The notes beneath the pieces were generated by a model. That model saw only the letters and a list, made by a program, of their open reading frames with translations. It searched no databases and was not told the DNA's origin. A stretch of 64,000 nucleotides of DNA from positions 13,730 through 77,729 of the forward strand of contig CAMAWD010000007.1 in NCBI GenBank assembly GCA_945861785.1, written 5' to 3'. The stretch's first letter is position 1. Each line of letters begins with the position of its first letter. Shown here piece after piece: positions 9,442 through 18,794 of the stretch. The DNA is from Rhodoferax sp. OV413. Its GTDB lineage: Bacteria; Pseudomonadota; Gammaproteobacteria; Burkholderiales; Burkholderiaceae_C. A program made the position numbers and the translations under genes.

Positions 9442-10425
9442 TCAGGACTTCAAATCCAGACCCTTGGCGGCCTCAGTCATCCATGCAATTTCTGACATGA
9501 TGAACTGGCGAAAATCATCGGGCGACTTGCTGACAACGGCATTTTGACCGGATGCAACCATCTTCTCCAGCACCGAAGGGTCTAATGCTGCAGCGCTTAC
9601 CTCTCGGTGGAGGTGCTGCACGATCTCGGGCGGGACACCTGCGCGGGCCACGAGGCCACTCCAATAGGTCATGGGCGGTAGATTCACACCCGCCTCGGCA
9701 AAAGTTGGAACGTTCGGCATGTCCTTCCAGCGCACACCATCCATCATCGCAAGGACCTTTACCTTCCCGGAGGGCGCGAATTGCTTGGCGAAGAACCCTG
9801 GGGCCATTAAGAAGCTGACGGTACCGCTCATCAGCGCCTGGACCGCGTCGGGGCCACCGCGGAAAGGCACTGCCAGGCCTTTGAAGCCGGCGATGCGCTC
9901 AAACTGGGTTAGCTTGAGGTGCTCAGCCGTGCCGACGCCGGTGGTTCCGTAGCTGAGCTTGTCGGGGTTGGCGCGTCCGTAAGCGGCCATTTCGCCCAGG
10001 GTCTTGAATGGAGAGTCACCGTTAACAATCAGTGCGATGGGGCTGGTAGATGTCACCGAGATGTGCGCGACTTGCTTTTCCATGTCGAACTGCTTCTGTA
10101 CGGCATGCAACGCCGCGAAAGAGTTGGTGGTATGCATCAGCGTATGCCCGTCTGCTGGCGCCGCCTGCAGTGCTTGCCAGGCGATCATGAAACCGCCTCC
10201 CGTGCGGTTTTCCACGATCACCGTTTGTTTGAGGTTCTTTTCGAGCACTGCGGCCAGCGCCCGCATGCCAACATCGGCGGCGCCACCGGCTGGAACACCG
10301 ACGATGATGCGCAGGGGCCCGCTCGGAAACCCGGACTGCGCACGAAGCGGCAGGGCCAAACTGGCGGCGGCCGCGGCTGCGACCTGAAGGACCCGGCGGC
10401 GGGGATGGTTGGTAGTGTCTGGCAT
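9442..10425 (-). CDS. Bug/TctC-family (tripartite tricarboxylate transporter) periplasmic binding protein
   Basis: Tat-like RRRVL leader, PAGGAAD, VENRTGGG, YGTTGVGT, PNVPT motifs. Confidence 0.92.
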   Translation of the reverse strand: MPDTTNHPRRRVLQVAAAAAASLALPLRAQSGFPSGPLRIIVGVPAGGAADVGMRALAAVLEKNLKQTVIVENRTGGGFMIAWQALQAAPADGHTLMHTTNSFAALHAVQKQFDMEKQVAHISVTSTSPIALIVNGDSPFKTLGEMAAYGRANPDKLSYGTTGVGTAEHLKLTQFERIAGFKGLAVPFRGGPDAVQALMSGTVSFLMAPGFFAKQFAPSGKVKVLAMMDGVRWKDMPNVPTFAEAGVNLPPMTYWSGLVARAGVPPEIVQHLHREVSAAALDPSVLEKMVASGQNAVVSKSPDDFRQFIMSEIAWMTEAAKGLDLKS

Positions 10426-10798
10426 GTCTGTCTCCTGGTCTAGGGTTGGTTCGTCGGGCTGCGGAATCATCATATTCGCAGAACCGGAATACACAATACG
10501 GTCAACTTATCAGCGTGAGCTCTTGGCGACAGTACAGGCTTCCGGGAAGACTCGAGCGCGTCCGTCAACTCCGGCTTGCAGTTGGCTTGCCCGGGGCATT
10601 GCGGCACCAACAAGGGCCGCCATTTGCACCAGCATAAGAGGGGCCACATGCCCGAGCAGATGCCTGGCGGTCCGCGCAATGTCAAGCGAGCGTCGTGAAG
10701 TCGCAGACTCAGTCTTTGGCGGAAATCATGCAAGTTCGGGTTCGTCAATTATGCTTGTCGGGTCAGAACCGAACACAACCCATCCGTGAGCATCCACC

Positions 10799-11851
10799 AT
10801 GCCTGAACACTACCGACTCCTCGGCGGCCCCGGGTCGCCCTATTCACTCAAGCTTCGTGCCATCCTGCGTTATCGGCAACTGCCGCATCGTTGGATCGTT
10901 CCGCGCGGCTATCTCGCCACCGAAGGTGAGCTGGCACGGGCCGGCAAGCAGATCATTCCGGTCCTGCAGTACCCGGATGGCAGCTACTGGGCCGACTCCA
11001 CCCCGCTGGCCTATGCACTGGAGGTACGCCACCCCGGTCAGCGCTCGATCATCCCGGGCGATCCGGGGATGGCTTTCCTCTCCCACCTCATCGAGGACCT
11101 GGCCGACGAGGTGCTGCCGGTGGCCCTATTCGACATGCGCTGGGGCAGCGAGGAAGACCTGACGTTCTGCGCCCGTCGCCAGATCTCAGGCTGGCTCTCA
11201 CCCATGCCTGCCAGCGAGTTCGATCCACTGGTGGCGAAGTTCATCGAACGACAGGTGGCCAATCGGGCCCTCTGGGTCGCAGCCGACAACCACGGCATAT
11301 TGGCCGACTTCTACCTGCGCTTGCTGGCGGCAATGGAACAACTGCCCGAAACATCGTCCTGGTTGTTCGGGTCGCGTCCCTCATTGGGGGATTTCGGACT
11401 GTACGGGCAGCTGAGCCAATGCGCCATCGACCCCACGGCCTCCGGCCTGATGCGCCGGCACGCGCCGCGCGCCTACCAATGGACCCAGACGCTCGATGAT
11501 GCCTGCGGCGTCGACGGCGAGTGGGCGGCCCCCGCGTCGCTGCCGCCGACGGTCGGCCTGCTGCTCGATCTGGTCGGCGAATTCCACTTGCCGCTTCTGC
11601 TGGCGCATTCCCGCGCATGCGCCTCGGGCGACCCCGGTTGGGAAGCGGCCATAACCGGGCGTCGATGGGTTGCGCGAAAGACCGAACCCTACAAGCTCAA
11701 ATGCCTGACGTGGCTGCGCGATGACCTTACGCGCGTGCCCGAGGCTTCGCTCCAATGGCTGCGACCTTTGCTGCAGCAGCATGGCTGCTGGGATGCGCTT
11801 CAGCGCGACGACCTCGACGCGCGCTTTTTCAAGCCGATGGCGCCGGTCTGA
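10799..11851 (+). CDS. Glutathione S-transferase-family protein
   Basis: N-terminal GSPYSLKLRAILRYR, IPVL...DST; C-terminal WLFGSRPSLGDFGLYGQL. Confidence 0.85.
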   Translation: MPEHYRLLGGPGSPYSLKLRAILRYRQLPHRWIVPRGYLATEGELARAGKQIIPVLQYPDGSYWADSTPLAYALEVRHPGQRSIIPGDPGMAFLSHLIEDLADEVLPVALFDMRWGSEEDLTFCARRQISGWLSPMPASEFDPLVAKFIERQVANRALWVAADNHGILADFYLRLLAAMEQLPETSSWLFGSRPSLGDFGLYGQLSQCAIDPTASGLMRRHAPRAYQWTQTLDDACGVDGEWAAPASLPPTVGLLLDLVGEFHLPLLLAHSRACASGDPGWEAAITGRRWVARKTEPYKLKCLTWLRDDLTRVPEASLQWLRPLLQQHGCWDALQRDDLDARFFKPMAPV

Positions 11852-12588
11852 TGGCGTCGGCCGCGCGCGGCGCGCCGGTCGGCACGCCGCTGTTCGCCCG
11901 GCTGCGTGACCGGCTGCGTGCCCACATCGTCAGCGGCGCTCTGGCGGCCGGCAGCAAGCTCCCCTCCGAGGCCCAGCTGGAGGCCGAGTATGGCGTCAGC
12001 CGCATAACGGTGCGCCAGGCGCTGGCCGAACTGCAGGCCGCCGGCCTGATCGAAAAGGTGAATGGCAAGGGCAGCTTCGTCAAAAGGCCGGAGCCACCGC
12101 CGGGACTGAGGCCGCTGACCGGGTTCAACGAGACCATGCGCCAGCGTGGCCACAAGGCCATGGGCACGGTCACGGCACCACGCGCGCTGCAGGCGGACGC
12201 CCGCGTGGCGGCGGCGCTGCGCGTGCCACCGCGGTCGCCCGTGAGCGCCATCACCATCCTGCGGCTGGTGGACGGCGAGGCGTTCGCCAGGCACACCATC
12301 TGGGGCAGGCGCAGCCTGATCGCGCGTCTGGCGGCCGAAGACTTGCAGACCAATGACGTGATCACGATCGCGCAGGATCGGCTCGGCCACCGGCTGGACC
12401 ACAGTGAAATGGAAATCAGCGCACTCAACGCGGGCGCCCAGCTGGCCCGCGCCCTGGGCATCGCCCGGGGCGCCGCCGTGATGTGCCTGGCCATCGTGGG
12501 TTTCGACGCCAATGGCAAGCCGCTGCTGTTCAGCGATTTCCTGGCGCGCGGCGACCGGTTCCGCTATCCGATCACGATGGGGCGCTGA
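11851..12588 (+). CDS. GntR-family regulator, HutC/UTRA subfamily
   Basis: LPSEAQLEAEYGVSRITVRQAL...GKGSFV wHTH plus UTRA-like C-terminus; TGATG coupling to the GST gene. Confidence 0.93.
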   Translation: MASAARGAPVGTPLFARLRDRLRAHIVSGALAAGSKLPSEAQLEAEYGVSRITVRQALAELQAAGLIEKVNGKGSFVKRPEPPPGLRPLTGFNETMRQRGHKAMGTVTAPRALQADARVAAALRVPPRSPVSAITILRLVDGEAFARHTIWGRRSLIARLAAEDLQTNDVITIAQDRLGHRLDHSEMEISALNAGAQLARALGIARGAAVMCLAIVGFDANGKPLLFSDFLARGDRFRYPITMGR

Positions 12589-12712
12589 CCGCGCCCAGGA
12601 CGACCAGCGCCGGCAATTCGGGCTGCGCAGCCGATGCACGCAGCGTGACCGGCCCGAAGTAGCCGCACGCCGGGCTGCGCATGCAATGCCCCGGACCCGG
12701 CCCGCACAGCCC

Positions 12713-13969
12713 TCAGGCTGGGATGCGGACCAGCAGCTGTGTGATGCCGCGTACCAGGCAATGGCGTGTGCGCACCGGTTCACCCACGACTTCGATCGTC
12801 GGGAAACGGCGCAGGATTTCCTCCCAGAGGATGCGCAACTGCAGTTCCGCCAGTCGGTTGCCGACGCAACGGTGAATACCGAACCCGAAGGACAGGTGCT
12901 GCCGCGGACGCGCGCGGTCGACGATGAAACGATCGGCGTTTTCGATCGCGCGCTCGTCCCGGTTGCCCGACAGGTACCACATCACCACCTTGTCGCCCCG
13001 GCGTATCGGTTTGCCGCCGATTTCCGTGTCCATGGTGGCTGTGCGCCGCATATGCGCCAGCGGGGTCTGCCAGCGGATGATCTCGGGCACCAGGCTCTCA
13101 ACCAGCCGCGGGTCGGCGCGCAGCTTGGCGAACTGCTCCGGATTCTGGTGCAACGCCAGCAGGCCGCCCGACATGGAGTTGCGCGTCGTGTCGTTGCCCC
13201 CGACGATGAGCAACGACAGGTTGCCCATCAACTGCTGCGGTGGCATGTTGCGCGTGGCCGGGTTGTGCGCCAGCATGGAGATCAGGTCGGGGCGCGGCGG
13301 CGCATTGACGCGTTCGTTCCACAGCCGGGTGAAGTACTCGACCATCTTCATGACCTCGACGAAACGAGCCTCCTCGGTCGCAAACATCCCATCGACGCCT
13401 GGCACCGCGGTCATCACGTCGGACCACCACGGCAGCAGACGGCGTTCCTCGAGGGGAAAATCGAACAGCGTCGCAAGCATCAGCGTGGTCAGTTCGATCG
13501 AGACCCGGTCCACCCAGTCGAAGGTCTCGTCGCGCGGCAGCCCGTCGAGGACGGTGCAGGTGCGCTGGCGAATCAGCGGCTCGAGATTTGCCAGGTTTCC
13601 CGGCGCGACGATCGGACTGACCGCCTTGCGTTGTTCATCGTGCACCGGTGGATCGGCCGCGATGAACGAGTGGGCGCGGTACTGCACCGGCCGCTCGATG
13701 ATCGATATGCCTCCCAGGTTGATGTCTGACGAAAACGCCGCGTGGTTGGAATCCACGGCCATGATGTCCTGGTAGCGCGTGACCGACCAGAAATCGCCGT
13801 ACAGCGGGCTGTGGCTGCGATGGACCGGGTCTTCGGCACGCAGCCGCTCGAAATAGTGGTGGATGGTGTCGTCCTCGAACAGCGTGGCATCGCTTGGATC
13901 GATCGCGTCGAGCGGCATGCCGCGGATTCTTTCGCGGATTTCATCGGCGGCCTGGCTGGCATCGGACAT
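12713..13969 (-). CDS. Cytochrome P450, CYP153-like (alkane/fatty-acid terminal hydroxylase family)
   Basis: LLIVGGNDTTRNS I-helix, EIIRWQTPLAHMRR, heme motif FGFGIHRCVGNRLAELQLRILWEEIL; these strings match CYP153 as recalled. Confidence 0.9.
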   Translation of the reverse strand: MSDASQAADEIRERIRGMPLDAIDPSDATLFEDDTIHHYFERLRAEDPVHRSHSPLYGDFWSVTRYQDIMAVDSNHAAFSSDINLGGISIIERPVQYRAHSFIAADPPVHDEQRKAVSPIVAPGNLANLEPLIRQRTCTVLDGLPRDETFDWVDRVSIELTTLMLATLFDFPLEERRLLPWWSDVMTAVPGVDGMFATEEARFVEVMKMVEYFTRLWNERVNAPPRPDLISMLAHNPATRNMPPQQLMGNLSLLIVGGNDTTRNSMSGGLLALHQNPEQFAKLRADPRLVESLVPEIIRWQTPLAHMRRTATMDTEIGGKPIRRGDKVVMWYLSGNRDERAIENADRFIVDRARPRQHLSFGFGIHRCVGNRLAELQLRILWEEILRRFPTIEVVGEPVRTRHCLVRGITQLLVRIPA

Positions 13970-13999
13970 ATTGATTCTCCTCTCAAGGGTGTTTGGGGC

Positions 14000-14320
14000 T
14001 CAGTGCTGCCCCATTGGCAGCGCCACGATCAAGCCGTCCAGCGCATCGGTGACGGGAATCTGGCACGACAGGCGCGAGTTCTCCCTGCGCTCCGCCGTGA
14101 AGTTGAGCATCTCTTCCTCGGTCGGCGAGATCGGCGGCAGCTGGGATGCCCAATGCGGATCGACGAATACGTGGCAGGTGGCGCAGGCGCATTGGCCACC
14201 GCAATCGGCGTCGATGCCGGGGACCAGGTTGTTGACGGCGGCGAGCATCAGGGACTCGCCGCTGCTGGCCTGGACTTCGCGGCGCGAGCCGTCGTGGGCG
14301 ACAAAGGTGATCTTGGGCAT
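14000..14320 (-). CDS. [2Fe-2S] ferredoxin, putidaredoxin/adrenodoxin type
   Basis: CGGQCACATCH...SRLSCQ; directly upstream of the P450. Confidence 0.95.
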   Translation of the reverse strand: MPKITFVAHDGSRREVQASSGESLMLAAVNNLVPGIDADCGGQCACATCHVFVDPHWASQLPPISPTEEEMLNFTAERRENSRLSCQIPVTDALDGLIVALPMGQH

Positions 14321-14836
14321 TCTCAGTTTCCTCCGGGTCTCATTGCCAATTCAGCAGGGTCTTCTCCAGCCGCGTCTACCCCGCCGGGCATCGCCGGACG
14401 GTATGAGGCATCCTTGTCGGGAAAGCGGAAGCAGACGGATCCGACCGGACAGCCCGACTTGAGCGCGAACACGCCAGCCCTGCGATGGTGGTGCCCTCAA
14501 ACACGCCACGGTCCGGCAGGCGGCGCCTGACGACCAGCCGGCGGTCGGGCGTCTGGCGGAGAGGACCAGCAGCTTCGTGGCCGGAAAACGCGGATTGGAG
14601 TGCATCACGGGAAGTATGAATATGCGTTCATGTTAGAGAGCAATCCAGTCCCGTGTCAACATGGGGGATTCCCGCATTGCCCCGAGCTTCCCTTTGGAAA
14701 AGTGTTCCTGAGGTGTCATAACAGGTATTGCCAACCGAGTCGAGACGGAGGTATAAAGCAGAACCTGGCTTCGGGTCGAGTGTTGCCCGCGCATCGACGC
14801 CCACAGTCAGATTCCAAACCCGAACCCCCTCACACC

Positions 14837-16936
14837 ATGGCCCACCCGCTCGACAGCCTCTTCAACCCGTCGTCCATCGCAGTGGTCGGCGCCTCCAACT
14901 CGCTGGGAAAGATCGGCGCGGCACCGATGAGCTTCCTGCTGAACTTCGGCTATCAGGGGGAGATCGTCCCGATTCATCCGAGCGACACCGTTGTGCAGGG
15001 GCGGCAGGCCTGGCCCAGCCTGCTTGCCGCGGTGCAAGGCGGTGGCCGGTCGATCGACCTGGCCATCGTAGCCGTACCCGCGGAACGGGTGGCAGAGACG
15101 GTCGCCGATGCAGGCCGCGCCGGTGTGGGCAACCTGGTGATCTTTTCCTCGGGTTTCAGCGAGACCGGCGAGGACGGCGCACGCGCGCAGCGCGAGCTGG
15201 TGGCGCAGGCGGCCCGCCTGGGCATCCGCATGCTCGGCCCGAACTGCCTTGGTTTCATGAACGTGGGGCAGAACATCTATGCAACATTTTCCCCGGTGAT
15301 AAAGACGGGGCGTGCCGTGCGTGGACCGATCGCGCTGGTCAGCCAGAGTGGTGCCTTCGGCGCCTACGCCTATTCGCTCGCGCGCGGGCGCGGCGTCGGC
15401 CTGTCGCACTGGATTACGACCGGAAACGAGGCCGGACTTGGCGTGTCCGACTGCATCGAATGGCTGATTCAGGACGAGCACACACGGGTCATCATGGTTT
15501 ACATCGAAGGCGTGCGTGAGGGTGAGCGCTTCAAGCGGGCGCTGGCCGGGGCGCGTGCCGCTGGAAAGCTGGTGGTAGCGGTCAAGGTCGGGCGCTCCGA
15601 GCTTGGCGCGCAGGCCGCGGCCTCGCACACCGCGTCGCTGGCTGGTGACGACGCCGCGTACGAAGCCCTGTTCCGACAGTATGGCGTGTGGCGCGCGCAT
15701 GGCATCGACGAGTTCTTCCAGGTTGCCCATGCGCTGGTCGTGTCGGGCTCGCCGCGGCGCTCCGGCCTGGGAGTGATGACGGTCTCGGGCGGCGTGGGCG
15801 TTTTGCTGGCCGACGAGGCACAGGCTCGCGGCCTGGCAATGCCGCCGCTACCCGAGGCAGCGCAACAACGCGTCCTGCAATGGGTGCCGTTTGCCGGGCC
15901 GCGCAATCCGGTGGACATCACCGGCATGGCGGCGGCCCAGCCGGAGCTGATCGAGAAGGCCATGCGCCTGATGCTCGACGAAGGCGGCTACGGAACATTG
16001 CTGCTGTTCATTGCTGCCGCAGGCCTGGCCCCGGCAGGCTGGGAGACGCTGCACCAGTTGGCCGTCCACCTGCGCCGCGATTACCCGGACGTCGTGCTGG
16101 CCTACTGCTGCCTGATCACACGGGAGCGGCAGCAGGCGCTGCAGGACATCGGCTGCCTGAGTTACGACGAACCGACCTACGCGGTGCGGACACTGGCGGC
16201 GCTGGAGTACTTCCGCGCGGCCGCTGCGCAACCTGTGCGCACGCTGACCATGCCGGCCGCGGTGGCAAAGCCCGATCTCCCTATGACCGAGGCGCGCGCT
16301 CTGGCCTGGCTGGACGCGCAGGGACTTCCGGCCATGCACCACCAGGTCGCCACCAGTGCCGCGGAGGCGGAGCAAGCCGCACAGGCACTCGGCTTTCCGG
16401 TGGTGCTGAAGGTGTCGTCGCCGGATATTCTGCACAAGAGCGAGCTGGGCGGCGTGGCGCTGGGTCTGTCCGGCGCCGTTGAAGTGCGCCAGGCGTTCGA
16501 CCGCATCATGCAATCCTGCCGCGGCGCAGCGCCGCTCTCCCGCATCGAAGGCGTGCTTGTCGCGCCCATGGTGGGCGGCGGCGTGGAGTGCATCCTGGGC
16601 GTGCGTCACGATCCGGCGCTGGGCGCACTGGTGATGCTGGGCATCGGCGGGGTGGACGTGGAGTTGTTGCGCGACGTCAGCGTGCGCGTGGCCCCGGTGG
16701 ACACGGCCCAGGCGCAGACCATGGTTGACGAGCTGAAACTGGCCCCACTGCTGCGCGGGCATCGGGGCCGGCCGCTGGCTGACGAGGCCGCCCTGGTGGC
16801 AAGCTTGGTGCGGCTGTCCGAACTGGGCGCCGCATGTGACAGTTGGATGGACGCGATCGAGATCAACCCGTTGAAGGTGCTTGCCAAGGGCCAGGGGGTG
16901 GTCGCACTGGACGCGGTGGTGACCGCAAGGAGCTGA
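14837..16936 (+). CDS. Acetate--CoA ligase family (ADP-forming acyl-CoA synthetase, fused alpha/beta)
   Basis: LDSLFNPSSIAVVGAS, GPNCLG, SQSGA, SHT phospho-His motif, C-terminal ATP-grasp (LKVSSPDILHKSE, EINPL). Confidence 0.93.
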   Translation: MAHPLDSLFNPSSIAVVGASNSLGKIGAAPMSFLLNFGYQGEIVPIHPSDTVVQGRQAWPSLLAAVQGGGRSIDLAIVAVPAERVAETVADAGRAGVGNLVIFSSGFSETGEDGARAQRELVAQAARLGIRMLGPNCLGFMNVGQNIYATFSPVIKTGRAVRGPIALVSQSGAFGAYAYSLARGRGVGLSHWITTGNEAGLGVSDCIEWLIQDEHTRVIMVYIEGVREGERFKRALAGARAAGKLVVAVKVGRSELGAQAAASHTASLAGDDAAYEALFRQYGVWRAHGIDEFFQVAHALVVSGSPRRSGLGVMTVSGGVGVLLADEAQARGLAMPPLPEAAQQRVLQWVPFAGPRNPVDITGMAAAQPELIEKAMRLMLDEGGYGTLLLFIAAAGLAPAGWETLHQLAVHLRRDYPDVVLAYCCLITRERQQALQDIGCLSYDEPTYAVRTLAALEYFRAAAAQPVRTLTMPAAVAKPDLPMTEARALAWLDAQGLPAMHHQVATSAAEAEQAAQALGFPVVLKVSSPDILHKSELGGVALGLSGAVEVRQAFDRIMQSCRGAAPLSRIEGVLVAPMVGGGVECILGVRHDPALGALVMLGIGGVDVELLRDVSVRVAPVDTAQAQTMVDELKLAPLLRGHRGRPLADEAALVASLVRLSELGAACDSWMDAIEINPLKVLAKGQGVVALDAVVTARS

Positions 16937-16961
16937 AACTTTCGACCGGCCACGGGTAGAT

Positions 16962-17043
16962 ATGACCATGCAACACAAAATCAACCAGCGCCAGTTTGGC
17001 GTCGCGCCCGCGGCGGCGGGGATGACGCCTTCCGCCATCGACG
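16962..17043 (+). pseudogene. Possible 5' remnant of a secreted (Bug-like) protein truncated at the cassette boundary
   Basis: MTMQHKINQRQFGVAPAAAG resembles a degenerate twin-Arg signal; the frame then runs into the direct repeat and loses recognisable character. Confidence 0.3.
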
Positions 17044-17070
17044 AGGAGTGTGGGCGGCAGAGATCTGCCA
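17044..17070 (+). repeat. Direct repeat, right copy (AGGAGTGTGGGCGGCAG-aga-TCTGCCA)
   Basis: 24/27 identical to 7865-7891; the copies are 9179 bp apart. Confidence 0.85.
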
Positions 17071-17229
17071 AACCCTGCACAACGCGCATAGAACGCCCTG
17101 AGGTCCAGGGCATCCACCGTGTCGCCAATGAAGTCCGCCAAGTGTCCCTTGGGCAGCCTGTCACGGATGCTAAGATGATTTTTTGACTGCGGGAAGCCGT
17201 TCCGCACCGCCACAACAAGGAGATTGCCC

Positions 17230-18753
17230 ATGACCACCCCCATTGCCACCGCCACCCGTCGCCCGCTGACCCTGCGCCTGGCCGCGCTTGCTGCTGGCCT
17301 CGCATTTGCCGGAATCGCCAGCGCCCAGGTGCTGGAGATCGCCGCCGACGGTTCGCCGGCCGGGCTCGACCCGCATGTGGTGCCAGCCTTCAACACGGTG
17401 CTGATCAACAAGAACATTTATGAAGGGCTGACCGCGATCGACAAGGACCTCAAGATCGTGCCCTCGCTGGCCACCTCCTGGACCATCTCCAAGGACGGCC
17501 TGAGTTACCGCTTCAAGCTCAAGCCCGGCGTCAAGTTCCACAACGGCAAACCGATGGGCGCCGCCGACGTGGTGGCCTCGCTGTCGCGTGTACGCGACAC
17601 CAAGACCGGCTCTCCCTATGCCGCACGGCTGTCGATGGTCAAGGAGATCGTGGCCGACAAGGGTGACGTGGTCATCAACCTGAACACCGCCTCGCTGCCG
17701 CTGGTGGGCCAGCTCGAAGCCGTCGCCATCGTGCCGGCCGAGTCCCTGGCCAACCCGGCCGACCTGCAGAAGGTGCCGGTTGGCACCGGGCCGTTCAAGT
17801 TTGACAAGTGGGTGACCGATGCCCACGTCAGCCTGGTCAAGAACCCCAGCTACCACGTGGCCGGGCTGCCCAAGCTCTCCGGCCTCAAGTTCAACATCGT
17901 GCCCGAGGCCAGCACGCGCCAGGCCGGCATGGCCAGTGGCGCCTACCAGTTCTTTCCGTCGGTCGATGCAGTCACCATCAACGCGCTGGCGCGTATTCCC
18001 GGCGTGGTCACCACCAAGGTGCCAGACCTCGGTTACAGCCTGGTCGGCATGAACGTGAGCAAGCCGCCGTTCGACAACCCCAAGGTGCGCGAGGCCCTGA
18101 ACTACGCCCTGAACCGCCATGAAATCGTGCGTGGCGTGTACCTGGGTCGCGCCTCGATCGCCGCCCCGTTGCCAGCGGTGCTGACCGAGTGGGCGGTTCC
18201 GTACACCGATTTCCCGTGTTACCAGTCCAACCCCGAGAAGGCGAAGGCCCTGCTGAAGGAAGCCGGCGTGGCGATGCCACTGGCCATCACGCTCAATGTG
18301 CTGCCCAACCCGGTGGCCAAGGACACGGCCGAGATCGTGCAGGCGCAGCTGGACAAGGGTGGCTTCAAGGTCACCTTGCTGGCCCAGGAGATCGGTAAAT
18401 TCGTCGCCGACTGGCGCGCGTCGAACTTCACCGCCTTCGTGTCGCTCAACGGCGGCGGTGTGGACCCGGACGACTACTTCTACCGCACCTTCTACACCGG
18501 TTCGTCGACCAACGTCTTCAAGTACTCGAACACCGCGCTCGACAAGCAGCTCGACGCCGGCCGCGCCGCCACCAACAAGGTCGAGCGCAAGAAAATTTAC
18601 GACGATGTGCAGAAGACACTCGCCTGCCAGGGCCCGATCGCCTTCCTGGCCAACGGCGACCTGTTCACCGCCATGCGCGCCAACGTGAAGGACTTCGCCC
18701 CGATCAGCACCCGCTCGCTGGTGTACCTGCGCCAGGCGACCCTCGAGAAATAG
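17230..18753 (+). CDS. ABC transporter substrate-binding protein, family 5 (peptide/oligosaccharide)
   Basis: Signal peptide; LDP...IYEGL, PSLATSW, GVKFHNG, VGTGPFKF, PFDNPKVREAL; AAGGAG RBS. Confidence 0.95.
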   Translation: MTTPIATATRRPLTLRLAALAAGLAFAGIASAQVLEIAADGSPAGLDPHVVPAFNTVLINKNIYEGLTAIDKDLKIVPSLATSWTISKDGLSYRFKLKPGVKFHNGKPMGAADVVASLSRVRDTKTGSPYAARLSMVKEIVADKGDVVINLNTASLPLVGQLEAVAIVPAESLANPADLQKVPVGTGPFKFDKWVTDAHVSLVKNPSYHVAGLPKLSGLKFNIVPEASTRQAGMASGAYQFFPSVDAVTINALARIPGVVTTKVPDLGYSLVGMNVSKPPFDNPKVREALNYALNRHEIVRGVYLGRASIAAPLPAVLTEWAVPYTDFPCYQSNPEKAKALLKEAGVAMPLAITLNVLPNPVAKDTAEIVQAQLDKGGFKVTLLAQEIGKFVADWRASNFTAFVSLNGGGVDPDDYFYRTFYTGSSTNVFKYSNTALDKQLDAGRAATNKVERKKIYDDVQKTLACQGPIAFLANGDLFTAMRANVKDFAPISTRSLVYLRQATLEK

Positions 18754-18794
18754 GGCGTGATGGGGGAAAGGGTGGCGTTGGCCATGCAGGGCCC

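Noticed and set aside
14330-14600. Possible reductase or regulator remnant upstream of the ferredoxin
   Set aside because: No FAD/NAD-binding or HTH motif seen in the frames inspected.
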